Shown piece after piece: positions 17,859-27,800 of a stretch of 64,000 nucleotides of DNA. Position 1 is the first letter of the stretch. The number at the start of each line of letters is the position of its first letter. The notes under the pieces are model-generated. The model made no database searches. It was not told the DNA's origin and saw only the letters and a list, made by a program, of their open reading frames with translations. The stretch is taken from the IMG/VR virus record IMGVR_UViG_3300035212_003113, positions 248,001-312,000 of that record. One strand, written 5' to 3'. Both the position numbers and the translations under genes were made by a program.

Positions 17859-19142
17859 ATGCCGAAAAAAACAATCTTCCAAAGGCGCCCCAAGTCGATG
17901 GTCGCAATAAATAAAAAGCTCTGGGCCTCTTGTCAGGCATGGGCCAAGCGAACGTATGATGTGCATCCAAGCGCTTATTCTAATTCTGCCGCAGTAAAGA
18001 GGTATAATAAGATGGGCGGTAAGTGGCGCAAGCCGGCGGCTAAAATGAAGAAAAAAGCGGAAGAACTAAAGTTAAACATAAAAGAATCGGACATCGTGCC
18101 TCCTTTTAACAAAGAAGAGGCCCAGCTGCTTGTTGAGCGCATGGGTATCGATTTGGAGGAGATGGGCGTCACACTAGGCGAGTTTCTCAAAGGACTTAAC
18201 GTAGAGCTCGAGCACGAGTTTTTGACGCACCGCGATCCATCGGATACAGCACTCATCGCAATTGACCATCTTCATGAAGATCCCGAGTATTATACTAAGT
18301 TGCATAAAATGGAGAGCGGATCTGCAGACGCAAAAGACGGTCGTGCGCCCAGTATGACCATGAAAGACGAGCTGGAGTTGGCGAGTCGTCTTTTTGGCGT
18401 AGAGCGCCATGAAGTAGTTGACAGGCTGCACGAAATGCTTGAGGATGACTCTCATGTAAAGGTAGCAAAGCCATTGGGCGGTCTTGGGTACTGGCATAAA
18501 AAAGAGAAGTGGGTCGACATCTCTAGAAAAGACAAATCCGGCAAGCATCCGCCATGCGGGCGATCCGATGCCTCAAAAGGCGGCAAACCGCGCTGCAGGC
18601 CTGTCTCTGAGGCTGCTAAGCTATCTGCTGCGGAAAAGCGCTCGGAGTCCGATAAGAAGCGTCGCACAGAGCGTACACAAAAGCGCAAAGGTAAAAAGCC
18701 GCATATGGTTAAGTTTGACTACATGAAGAAAAAATCCGAGGAAAATATGAGCTTTAAGAAGATCGCAGCAGACCTAACGGCAATTGCCGAATCCGTAGAC
18801 TCCAAGGGCAACGAGGCCGCCGCTCGCGCCGTAGACGAGCTTGCGCTACGCCTTGTCTCGATTTCTTCTGAGCTTGCTGCAGTGCGACCAGAGCCGCGCA
18901 ACGACGCGCCCGTATCAGGTCTTGTCGTGAATGACGGCCATTCCATCTCAAAGTATGAGACCGCTGACGCGCTGGAGCGTGCCGTTGCTCGCAAGGAGAT
19001 GCGTCCAGCTCAGGTGGTCGCAGCTTTGTCGGATGCGCTTTATAATTCTGGCAATCTTTCGATGCAGGCAGAATTTGCCGCCGCCGGAAAGACCCTTCCT
19101 GCTGCGCTGAAGATCGCCAAGGTTGCTGGTCTAATTCGTTAA
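17859..19142 (+). CDS. Basic composite protein with DUF5872-like and DUF5661-like segments
   Basis: HPSAYSNSAAVKRYNKMGGKW and GLGYWHKKEKWVDIS..CGR..PRCRP resemble DUF5872-type phage proteins; GLNVELEHE..IAIDHLHEDPEYYTKL resembles DUF5661. Recognised from memory, not searched. Confidence 0.6.
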   Translation: MPKKTIFQRRPKSMVAINKKLWASCQAWAKRTYDVHPSAYSNSAAVKRYNKMGGKWRKPAAKMKKKAEELKLNIKESDIVPPFNKEEAQLLVERMGIDLEEMGVTLGEFLKGLNVELEHEFLTHRDPSDTALIAIDHLHEDPEYYTKLHKMESGSADAKDGRAPSMTMKDELELASRLFGVERHEVVDRLHEMLEDDSHVKVAKPLGGLGYWHKKEKWVDISRKDKSGKHPPCGRSDASKGGKPRCRPVSEAAKLSAAEKRSESDKKRRTERTQKRKGKKPHMVKFDYMKKKSEENMSFKKIAADLTAIAESVDSKGNEAAARAVDELALRLVSISSELAAVRPEPRNDAPVSGLVVNDGHSISKYETADALERAVARKEMRPAQVVAALSDALYNSGNLSMQAEFAAAGKTLPAALKIAKVAGLIR

Positions 19143-19169
19143 GATATACGGATTTTGCCATTATATGGC

Positions 19170-20168
19170 ATGAGAAAGTATATCCCGCATGCAGTTGCGG
19201 CTGTACTGGCAGCTGCACTACTATTCTTTGGTTTCACAATATTTCAGCTTCGGGGCGAGCTTGATGCTACCAGGCAAGCACTTGATGCTCAGCAAGGCCA
19301 GATAACTGGCCAGAAAAGCGAACTCCAGCGTGCAGACGTGAAGCTGGGTTTGGCAGAATCTGATCTTGTGTCTAGGGATGCTATAATATCAAGATATAAG
19401 AAAGATGTTCAAGACTTAAACATCCAGATTGGCAAGCTAAAGGGTGGTGGCCGTCCCAAGCCTACGTCTGCCGACAGCGGAACAGTAGTTGTTGGCGGAA
19501 CTACCGGCGGCACTGGCACGGTAACAGTTGTTCCACAGGAACCTGTCGCCCCAGGCGAGGCAGCTCCGCTGGTAACAGCTTATTCCTGGTCTGATAACTC
19601 TAGCCGCTTTCACCTTGTTGACCCAGATATAGGAAATCCAGGAGACGAGACTTTTACGTATAAGCTAAAGATTCGGGTAAACGGCTACATCCTCGAGGAC
19701 GAAACCGGCCGAATTCGAGGTCGCCAAGTGGTTGCAAGAGAGCTAATAGAAAAGCGAATGCCGGACGGCACTGTTCGTGTTGAAGAAGGACCACCGCTGC
19801 CAATTGAAGACAATATCTACCAGTACTCGCTGCCAAAGCCCGAGAAAAAGCTTTTTGACGTATTCCGTCTGCGTGGCTATGCGCTATTTGATACATCGCT
19901 TAATCCTGGGTTCGGTGTCGAGCTACTCAACGTCGGGCGATATTTTGATTACGTCAACATAGGACTGGGACCATTTGCTTCTATAGAGGTCTCCGATTTG
20001 CCTAATTCTTTGCAATCAAGCTTGCTGGGACTGGGCCTTCAGTATACCCTTGCTCCGCCGGCAATTTCGACCAATATTGGAATAGGATTGGGAATCGCCA
20101 CCCCAGCTGACGACCTATTTGGTAGGTTTCAGATAACCGGAAATGTAATATTCTATCTTACCAACTGA
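19170..20168 (+). CDS. Membrane-anchored coiled-coil protein with a C-terminal beta-barrel-like region (spanin candidate)
   Basis: MRKY followed by a transmembrane segment (AVAAVLAAALLFFGFTIF), about 70 aa of coiled coil, and C-terminal alternating Gly/hydrophobic strands. ATG 19170 is preferred over TTG 19155. Confidence 0.55.
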   Translation: MRKYIPHAVAAVLAAALLFFGFTIFQLRGELDATRQALDAQQGQITGQKSELQRADVKLGLAESDLVSRDAIISRYKKDVQDLNIQIGKLKGGGRPKPTSADSGTVVVGGTTGGTGTVTVVPQEPVAPGEAAPLVTAYSWSDNSSRFHLVDPDIGNPGDETFTYKLKIRVNGYILEDETGRIRGRQVVARELIEKRMPDGTVRVEEGPPLPIEDNIYQYSLPKPEKKLFDVFRLRGYALFDTSLNPGFGVELLNVGRYFDYVNIGLGPFASIEVSDLPNSLQSSLLGLGLQYTLAPPAISTNIGIGLGIATPADDLFGRFQITGNVIFYLTN

Positions 20169-20175
20169 GTGAAAA

Positions 20176-23100
20176 ATGTCTAAGTTCCCGAACGAGATAG
20201 ATACCGATGCCGAACTGCCAAGTGTTATTGACGGCTCTACCGAGATTGCGGGAGAGGTAATAAATGCACACAAGGACGCTCTGCTTGCGATTGAGCGCAC
20301 GCTCGGCACCGATCCACAGGGCAGTGCTGCTAGTCTAGCTGACCGCCTTGATGTCAGTATAAATGCAGACGGCACTCTTAATTCGACAGCAATTGCCGCT
20401 GCATGGCTACTCTCGTCACCAATAACAAATGCGCATGTCAGCTCCGCCGCTGCGATTGATGAGTCCAAGATAAACTTGGATGTGCCGACCGCGCTACTAC
20501 AAGACCAGATAACAGACCTGACGATAGATGTGGAGGCGTTGCAGGGCTCAGTAGCGGCAGAGGTCGCTCAGCTAGCTGGTCATATCACTGGTACAGATGA
20601 TCGGCATATTGCGCAGCACATAATTGTTTCACCATCAGTTGCATCTGGTAGTAATGTGCAAACTGCACTGCAGAACGCTTATACTGCGCTTAACGATCAT
20701 ATATCTGATCCAGTAGGTGCTCACGATGCAGATGCAGTATCCTATTCTCCCTCTCCTGGCTCAAACCTAACTGCCTCAAGTGTTGGAGGCGCGCTAGATG
20801 AGATCGATTCTAATTTCATTAATCGCGTCAACAGACATCTGGATACGGCTCATTCAAACGGTGTGTCATCCGATGGATATGTTTACCTGGGTGGTCAGGG
20901 CGCAGTCAACGCAGCATCGCTTGCAACAGTGCCTTTTCAACCACTAGGTGGACAGCCCCGCATAAAAATAGGCGGAATAAATCACGCCACGTTGATTTCT
21001 CGCGGCGCAAATCCAGCCGGGCTTGGCTCTACGGCATCTGCCGTTGTAGTTGACTACTCTGATGGTTATTCGCTTTACACTGTCGATGTAACCGGCCTTA
21101 ACTCAGTGCCGTATCCAACTGGCAGCGAAAATCGCTTGCGCGGAGTTGTCTCTAAGTTTAACGAGGCCTTTAGGACTGCAGGCGCTCTTGTGACAGCTTT
21201 CCAATATCAGAATGAAGTTGTCCTTCAGCATAATACTCCAGACGGGTATATCGTTGTGCGCGCGCCGTCCATAGCATCTGCGGCAGATGTGCTCGGATTT
21301 TCTGCTGTAGTCGGGCAGGAGGTGCAGCCTATTTCGCACCTCATCTCGGTTACAGATGGAATTCCACTTGATGCATGGACGCCACTTGCATCAGGACCCA
21401 TCACTCTCTCGGGCTCATCTGTTTCACTTGTTTTGTCTGCTGCTGTTGCCGTCGGCTCGCTGCTGCACATAGTGTCTCATACCGCCCTTGGTGCAGGAAC
21501 GTATCAGGTGGTTGCAGCTGTTGGTACAAGCGTGACGCTTAACCGCCCGGTTCCTGCCGGAACATTCTCGTACTCTGTGTTTCCAGACTCACTAGGACTG
21601 GGAGCCATCTCGTCTGGTACCACGTACGAGGTATTTGTTAATTCTAGCGGCGTGCCGAGTGCCTATTCGCGTGCAAATATAACTATTTCGCAAATAAGTG
21701 GCGTTCGCATTTCCGAATGCCGCCTTCAGCCTGGCACCTATACGCTTTCGCTAACAGGCACCGGCTCAAATCGGTCTGCTTTCTTGAGCAGCGGAACCTC
21801 TACAGGCCGCGCAGCCACTCTTGCGCAAGGCTATCTTGGCCAGCTAGTGCTCGAAGCTCCACTTGGACTTGGGACGGCGACACTTGATGTTGTTTCACTG
21901 TCTCCATCTTCGCCTGCGACCGACACGTTTGTGGTCACCGAGTCCGCTGAAAATGATGATCTGCAACTTATTTGCAGTTACTGGTCCAATGGCTCTGTGG
22001 CAGAGTTTCCAACTGATGCGCGGAATCTCGGACTTGTTAATTCAGCTGCACTAGCAACAGACGTATTCACCCGTAGTCTGGCCGCATTTCCAAGTAATCG
22101 TATAAACGGTTTTGTCTCGGGCGGCGCTCCTGCCGGTGCAGGCAGTTCCTCTCTGCAAATGCCTGCATCGAAGGTCATGATTGGTGGCGTAATTAAGAGC
22201 CTTCCTGCCGCAACCATAGACTTTGCCGGTATCCCAGTTGCATACGGCACCTATAATCTTTATATAGATCTTGCAGGGTCTCTCCGACTCGGTCTCGAGT
22301 CTGGGACTGGTACATCTCTCAGCAGTATTCTTGTGCGCGGAGAGGTGCCGGTGGCCAGAGTGGTGCATACTGGTTTGCTAGACATAACAGATATTCGCCT
22401 GTTCTCGCTACCAGTGCCGCCAAGTGATCGTCTGTTGGTCGCCGGTAGTCCGGGAACTTATCACTGCTCTGGTATTGCAGGCGCCCTGCTTGTTGCCGAG
22501 GCCGGTGGATTTCGCAAGGTCGTCATGCAAGGTGACCAGAGCGTGACGTCTGACGTAGTCATTCCGCCTAATATAGGCGTAGAAGGACCTGCTGCCCTGA
22601 CATGTCGTACACTTTCTCTTGGCGCCAGCTCAGCGATTACTGTGTCAGATATCACCACTACGGTGACAACGCCAACTGTAGTTGGTGTATCTGCTCTAGA
22701 CACAGGAACAATAGATGCGAAGAACATAACTACTCGCTCTGTGTCGCTGTCAGAGTACTCGTCGCTTCGATTTCTCAGCTGCTCGCTAACGGGATCAAGC
22801 GGATCAGGCATAGTGACGCTTAGCATCTCTGGAGCAGGAGTTTCTATTGCTGGCGCAGCACCTGGCGCAACCTTGTCGTTTGCATCAGGCGGCACGGCAT
22901 CTGTTGCTGCTGTGTCCGATCTCCGGATCGCAGACCTTTCAGCTGTATTTGACTCTGCACAATTTGACTGGATGGCTATATCTGGAGTGTGTGACCGGAT
23001 CGTTTTTGACGGCTTATCGATGCAGCGATCTGGCTCAATATCTGCTGCGCAGATTGGAACGCACAGCGCTGTATCTAACACAGGGACGATTTCAAACATA

Positions 23101-24840
23101 GTGATGCGCGACTGCTCATTTGCAGAGTGCGGAAAAATTCTCAGCAACGCAGGCACAATCGAGTTCGTTTCTATGTCCGGTTGCTCTGGTAGTAACTTTG
23201 GCGGTTTGCTGAGGTCCGCATCATCGGCCGCTGTTTCAGGCGCGGCCCTGTCTGAGTTCTATGGGTATCGTCTATACGGCAACGTATTGGAAATGTCTGG
23301 CACGGCAAACGTGACTCTGAGCGACTCTGTATTCTATGGCACTTTTGGTGCGTCACAGACCCGTGCACGTGCATTTTATTCTACAGATGCCACGGCTACA
23401 CCATCCTCTGTCAGTGCCACGATAAGCAAGTGCACTTTTTCCGGCATAGCTTTCGAGGATTACTTCATCGCGGCCACAGGCCTTCTTCTGGCCTCATCTG
23501 TGCGACTAGATATTTCGGACTGTGCTTTCTCTGGTATCAGCTCAAGCATTTCTCAGTCAAACCGAGCATCGGCAGCCGGAAATCTTATCTATTGGAATTC
23601 CGACGCACGTCTGCGCATATCTGGATGCAGCATGCTATCATGTGCCTTTAAGATTGCCATGGGCTATAATTTCGAGCTATCTGGTAATGCTATAGAGATA
23701 AGTGCTTCGGCGACAGAGCGTCAGTTATTTAATATTAGCAAGTCTATTCCCGCTACTGATCCGGCATATTTGCGCCCGCTTGCAAAACTAGATGAAAATA
23801 GTATTGCTGTTGATGGCCTGAGCCTTGTGCAGCTAAGCTCCGTCTCACTAAACGGCAATAGTATCGCTGCGGATCGATTTATATTTGATTATGGCGTATC
23901 AGACTCGCCGCTGCCACTGGCTGCCGGATACGCTGTCTCAGGCAACTCTTTTGAGAGTACAGATGCAACAGCAGGGACCGCATTTGTGATTTATCCCGGC
24001 TATATCGCTGATTCCAATAAGTTTTATGGCCAGAGCACAGGCAATCTTCTGACTCTTGGCACTCTTTCTTCTGGTACAGGCTTTCTGAAATTCACGAATA
24101 ATGCATGCAGCTACCTTCCGCCCTCTCCCGCCCAAGCGATCCTGTCAATTGACGATGGGCCTCTGTCAGGCGTAAAATACTTGCTTAGTAGCAACATTAT
24201 ACAACTGGCAGATCCAGCTGGCAGCGCAGTAGACAATGCAATACAGATTGCTCCGAATAACGTTGTTTGCTCGCAGAACTATATAGTTGGCGACAGCATT
24301 ACCGGTGTAATATTCCGCGCCGTTGGTTCTGGCCAAAGTGGCTGCAGAATGACTGAGAACGTCATTTCTGGCGGCACTGCTGACGGCACAGATTTGCCAT
24401 CCGATACAAATACATTTGAAAATAATCGCGGAATAGCAAACACGTATTCGTTAAGTCCGTTTGGCACACTGCTATCCGACCCAGCAGATTGGACCTCATC
24501 TGGTACCGAAATAAGCTCTTCTGCGAACGGCGCCGTGGCATGGATCCGTATAGATACCCCTGCAGGCGAACTTTTGGAAGTGGCCGGCGGCTTTGACTTT
24601 AGCGCAGTCTCGGGATCAGTGACTCTTCAGCTGTACACCGTTTCTTCGACATCTACTGCATCGACTCTTGTTGGCAGCGCTACCCTGACGCCAACATCAA
24701 TAGGTTATGCATCGGCAAGTATAATACCTAGCACGGCTCCTTTTATAGGACCGCTAAAAACTGCAGCTCTCAAGATAACGAGAAATGCCGGCAGTGCCAC
24801 TGTAAAACTAGGAAATATCAGGGCGGTAGTTAAACTATGA
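20176..24840 (+). CDS. Giant tail fibre/tailspike with a right-handed beta-helix region (1554 aa)
   Basis: N-terminal SKFP.EID..LP docking domain. The C-terminal half has pectin-lyase-like rungs with Cys/Asn ladders (RDCSFAECG, SKCTFSG, SDCAFSG, LSGNAI, LNGNSI, VSGNSF). Confidence 0.7.
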   Translation: MSKFPNEIDTDAELPSVIDGSTEIAGEVINAHKDALLAIERTLGTDPQGSAASLADRLDVSINADGTLNSTAIAAAWLLSSPITNAHVSSAAAIDESKINLDVPTALLQDQITDLTIDVEALQGSVAAEVAQLAGHITGTDDRHIAQHIIVSPSVASGSNVQTALQNAYTALNDHISDPVGAHDADAVSYSPSPGSNLTASSVGGALDEIDSNFINRVNRHLDTAHSNGVSSDGYVYLGGQGAVNAASLATVPFQPLGGQPRIKIGGINHATLISRGANPAGLGSTASAVVVDYSDGYSLYTVDVTGLNSVPYPTGSENRLRGVVSKFNEAFRTAGALVTAFQYQNEVVLQHNTPDGYIVVRAPSIASAADVLGFSAVVGQEVQPISHLISVTDGIPLDAWTPLASGPITLSGSSVSLVLSAAVAVGSLLHIVSHTALGAGTYQVVAAVGTSVTLNRPVPAGTFSYSVFPDSLGLGAISSGTTYEVFVNSSGVPSAYSRANITISQISGVRISECRLQPGTYTLSLTGTGSNRSAFLSSGTSTGRAATLAQGYLGQLVLEAPLGLGTATLDVVSLSPSSPATDTFVVTESAENDDLQLICSYWSNGSVAEFPTDARNLGLVNSAALATDVFTRSLAAFPSNRINGFVSGGAPAGAGSSSLQMPASKVMIGGVIKSLPAATIDFAGIPVAYGTYNLYIDLAGSLRLGLESGTGTSLSSILVRGEVPVARVVHTGLLDITDIRLFSLPVPPSDRLLVAGSPGTYHCSGIAGALLVAEAGGFRKVVMQGDQSVTSDVVIPPNIGVEGPAALTCRTLSLGASSAITVSDITTTVTTPTVVGVSALDTGTIDAKNITTRSVSLSEYSSLRFLSCSLTGSSGSGIVTLSISGAGVSIAGAAPGATLSFASGGTASVAAVSDLRIADLSAVFDSAQFDWMAISGVCDRIVFDGLSMQRSGSISAAQIGTHSAVSNTGTISNIVMRDCSFAECGKILSNAGTIEFVSMSGCSGSNFGGLLRSASSAAVSGAALSEFYGYRLYGNVLEMSGTANVTLSDSVFYGTFGASQTRARAFYSTDATATPSSVSATISKCTFSGIAFEDYFIAATGLLLASSVRLDISDCAFSGISSSISQSNRASAAGNLIYWNSDARLRISGCSMLSCAFKIAMGYNFELSGNAIEISASATERQLFNISKSIPATDPAYLRPLAKLDENSIAVDGLSLVQLSSVSLNGNSIAADRFIFDYGVSDSPLPLAAGYAVSGNSFESTDATAGTAFVIYPGYIADSNKFYGQSTGNLLTLGTLSSGTGFLKFTNNACSYLPPSPAQAILSIDDGPLSGVKYLLSSNIIQLADPAGSAVDNAIQIAPNNVVCSQNYIVGDSITGVIFRAVGSGQSGCRMTENVISGGTADGTDLPSDTNTFENNRGIANTYSLSPFGTLLSDPADWTSSGTEISSSANGAVAWIRIDTPAGELLEVAGGFDFSAVSGSVTLQLYTVSSTSTASTLVGSATLTPTSIGYASASIIPSTAPFIGPLKTAALKITRNAGSATVKLGNIRAVVKL

Positions 24841-27800
24841 GCAAATACCCAGCAAATCTAGATGACGATTCTTCGCTACCATCTGTTATAGATGGCTCGA
24901 CAGAGATAAGCGGCGAAGTAATCAATGCTCTAAAAGATGCCGTACTGGCAGTCCAGCGTGCTATTGGTGCGGACCCTCAGGGTGTCCTTGCTGACCTAGT
25001 CACAAGGCTTGCCGTGTCCATCAATGACGACGGCACCCTTAAGTCTAGCGCACTGGTTGTTGCCGCTATAGTGAATGGCCAGATTGCAGCAGCAGCAGGT
25101 ATCGAGGAGTCTAAACTTGCCCTCGATTTCTCCACGCAATTCCTGCGCGATCAGATAACATCAAATGACATAGATATCCAGGCTCTCCAGGCAGGCCTGG
25201 CGCAACTTATTGCTGACTTCTCCAGTCATCATCTAAGCGGTGCTTTTCCGCATGACTCTGAGCAGATTCTGCTCGATTCTGACTTCCCAGCATCTACACC
25301 GCCGTGGCTGACCGGTATAGTCGGCACGACCGTCGCTGACGCTATACGCGAGCTGGCCGATGCACTTGCTTCACACACCTCTCCATCAGCAGTGGCCGCT
25401 CATCAAGCGTCCAGTATATCTGTCTCTGCGACGTTTAGCCACATCACTGCCAACAATGTCCAGGATGCACTTGAGCAACTAGAGTCTCAGCGCAGCACTG
25501 AGCTGGAGCGCCACCTAGATGATGCGCACTCAAATGGCATCTCTGCATGGGAAAATGATCCCATGGGCTGGAATCGCAATTTGCAGCTGTATCCTGTCTC
25601 CGGCACCACTGCTGCGACAGTGATATCTCGCTACGTCATCGATTTTGGCTCGGATGCACTCGCTTCTTTCAGGGTTGCTCGTGGAGAGGTACTCGTATTT
25701 AATGACGAGGCCTACGTAATCTCTGATGTTGGTCCGCGTACAGGTACAGGCTCAAAGCCCACTCTCGACGGCACCCAGCTAGAGCTCTTTAGGCCACTGC
25801 CGGTGTCCTCCGGAGTTATACAGGCAGCGATCTTTGGCAGATCAAGTGTATCAAATCTAAAGGTAGCTCTGGCCGCTACTGCATTTCCTGGTACAGCGAC
25901 TGCTGATACCGTTCTCCTGGCACGGCCGAATGCTGCAAAGGCAGTTAGCCTCGGGCTGAAGCCGCTTTTCATCGACTCGCTGTGCGAGTTGCATCTTGAG
26001 GTTTCTACCGGCACTGCGACAAGTAAAGCAGTAGTGATTGACAATCTGCACCTTGATAGAACAGGGACCTTGGCAGTGACAAAGGTTAGCGCTGCCAGTG
26101 TTGCAGATAGAATTAATTATGTTTTGTGTAGTGCTGCAGAGGGCAACTTTATACCTGCTGCTGCGTATGTCATAGGCAGCGAGATTGCAATAGTACATAA
26201 TTGGTCTGACTCTGCAGATTACTGGCTCAAGATAACAGGCACGACCGCGGCTGCGGCTCGTGGCGCCGAGCTATGTGGCTTTGGCAGTAATGGTGCTGGC
26301 CTAGTTGGGTTCCGCAGCTATCCGAGCATAACTGGTAGATTCTCGGTAAATGGCATAACGCATCAGGATTTCGCCTCGTACTATGCTGGCGCTGCATCTA
26401 TATCCGGTAACACTATCGACATAGGTACTCCCACTGCTCCGCTTGGCATTCTTCCTGGTCATGTTGTACACGTTATAACTGCTAGTACGCACCCAGAGAT
26501 CGGTTCATACCAAATAACTGCAGTTGGCCCAAATACCGTTCAAATCGGCGTAGCCTTGACAGCAACTGCGACAGGAGTAGTCAGAATAGATGCCTCTTCA
26601 GTTTCGCTCGCCGATCTAGATGGCTCACCGAATGCGATAATAAGCGAGATTTTCGTTGATCGCGATGGCTTTACTGGTGCATTTACTCGAGCTTCTGCGC
26701 AGGAAGGTATTTCCGGCGCTGAGCTGATTGACATCTCAGACTCTCGCCTGGCTGGCACCGAGACGTTGCTGGGCACCTCTCCATCTGCAGGACAGGTTGC
26801 ACTGCAATTCAGTGGCGCTGCCGACTCTAATAAGCGCACACTACGGACCAGTCTCGCCGGTCGCACTCGCATCTATGATCGGACCGGCATGTCATGGGCT
26901 GACTTCGCACTAACCGGTGCCCTTGGCACTGGCAGTACGCAACTGCAATTCTTTGATCATACGGATGAAGAGGAGTTGTTGGAAATTGCCGCCGTTCGCT
27001 TCTTTGATCGCAGGGTGCGCTCAGTAAGCGACAAGCGTCTTTTTGGTAGCCTTGGTCTAGACGAGCTGCGAGAGGACGTCACACAGGCATACGTGGAGAC
27101 GCCACTTGCCGAGTTGCGCAGCAGCGGTGTTGTTCGTGGATTTAGTATCCTGGCTGACAACATTGATGGACCTAGTGTATCGCCCAACTATCCCGCAGGC
27201 ACCCTCATGGTGCTTCTGGATGGCGGCGTCGCCTATGTAGATGGTGTCCGTGTCGAGCAGACGTCTCAGTACGCTGCAATTCCGCCTGTTGATGGTACTT
27301 ATTTTGTATGCATCAACGTAGGCGGAATGTTTCAGGTAATAAGCGACACGGACTTTTCGCTTGCCGAGATAATTGAAGGCCTTGCAGGCTCACTTGTGCC
27401 GTTGCTTTCAGTTGAACGAACCGCGACTCCACAAATCGAGAGCACTGTCGTCGCGTACAATATCGCTAATATTGACGAGCGCATAGATGCAGTACTTGAC
27501 CTGACAAATAACTTTGTCGGCAACTTCTCAACAATAGCGGCAGCAATAGCATACCTAAATGCATATCCTTTTGAAGAGCGCTCACGACTTCGAATCGTTA
27601 GTCGTCGCGCGTCGGACAATATTTCGATTGCCGGCCTCACTGCGCCTGTGTCAATCAGTGTAGATGGCTACCTAGGACAGATCTCCGTATCATCTGACTG
27701 CGCGGTTAGCTCTGATACGTTTGCTGGGCGCGCGGAGCCGCATGTCACTACACTCGTGGTCAATACAGAGAGATTTGTCGCTAATAATCTGATACTCAGC

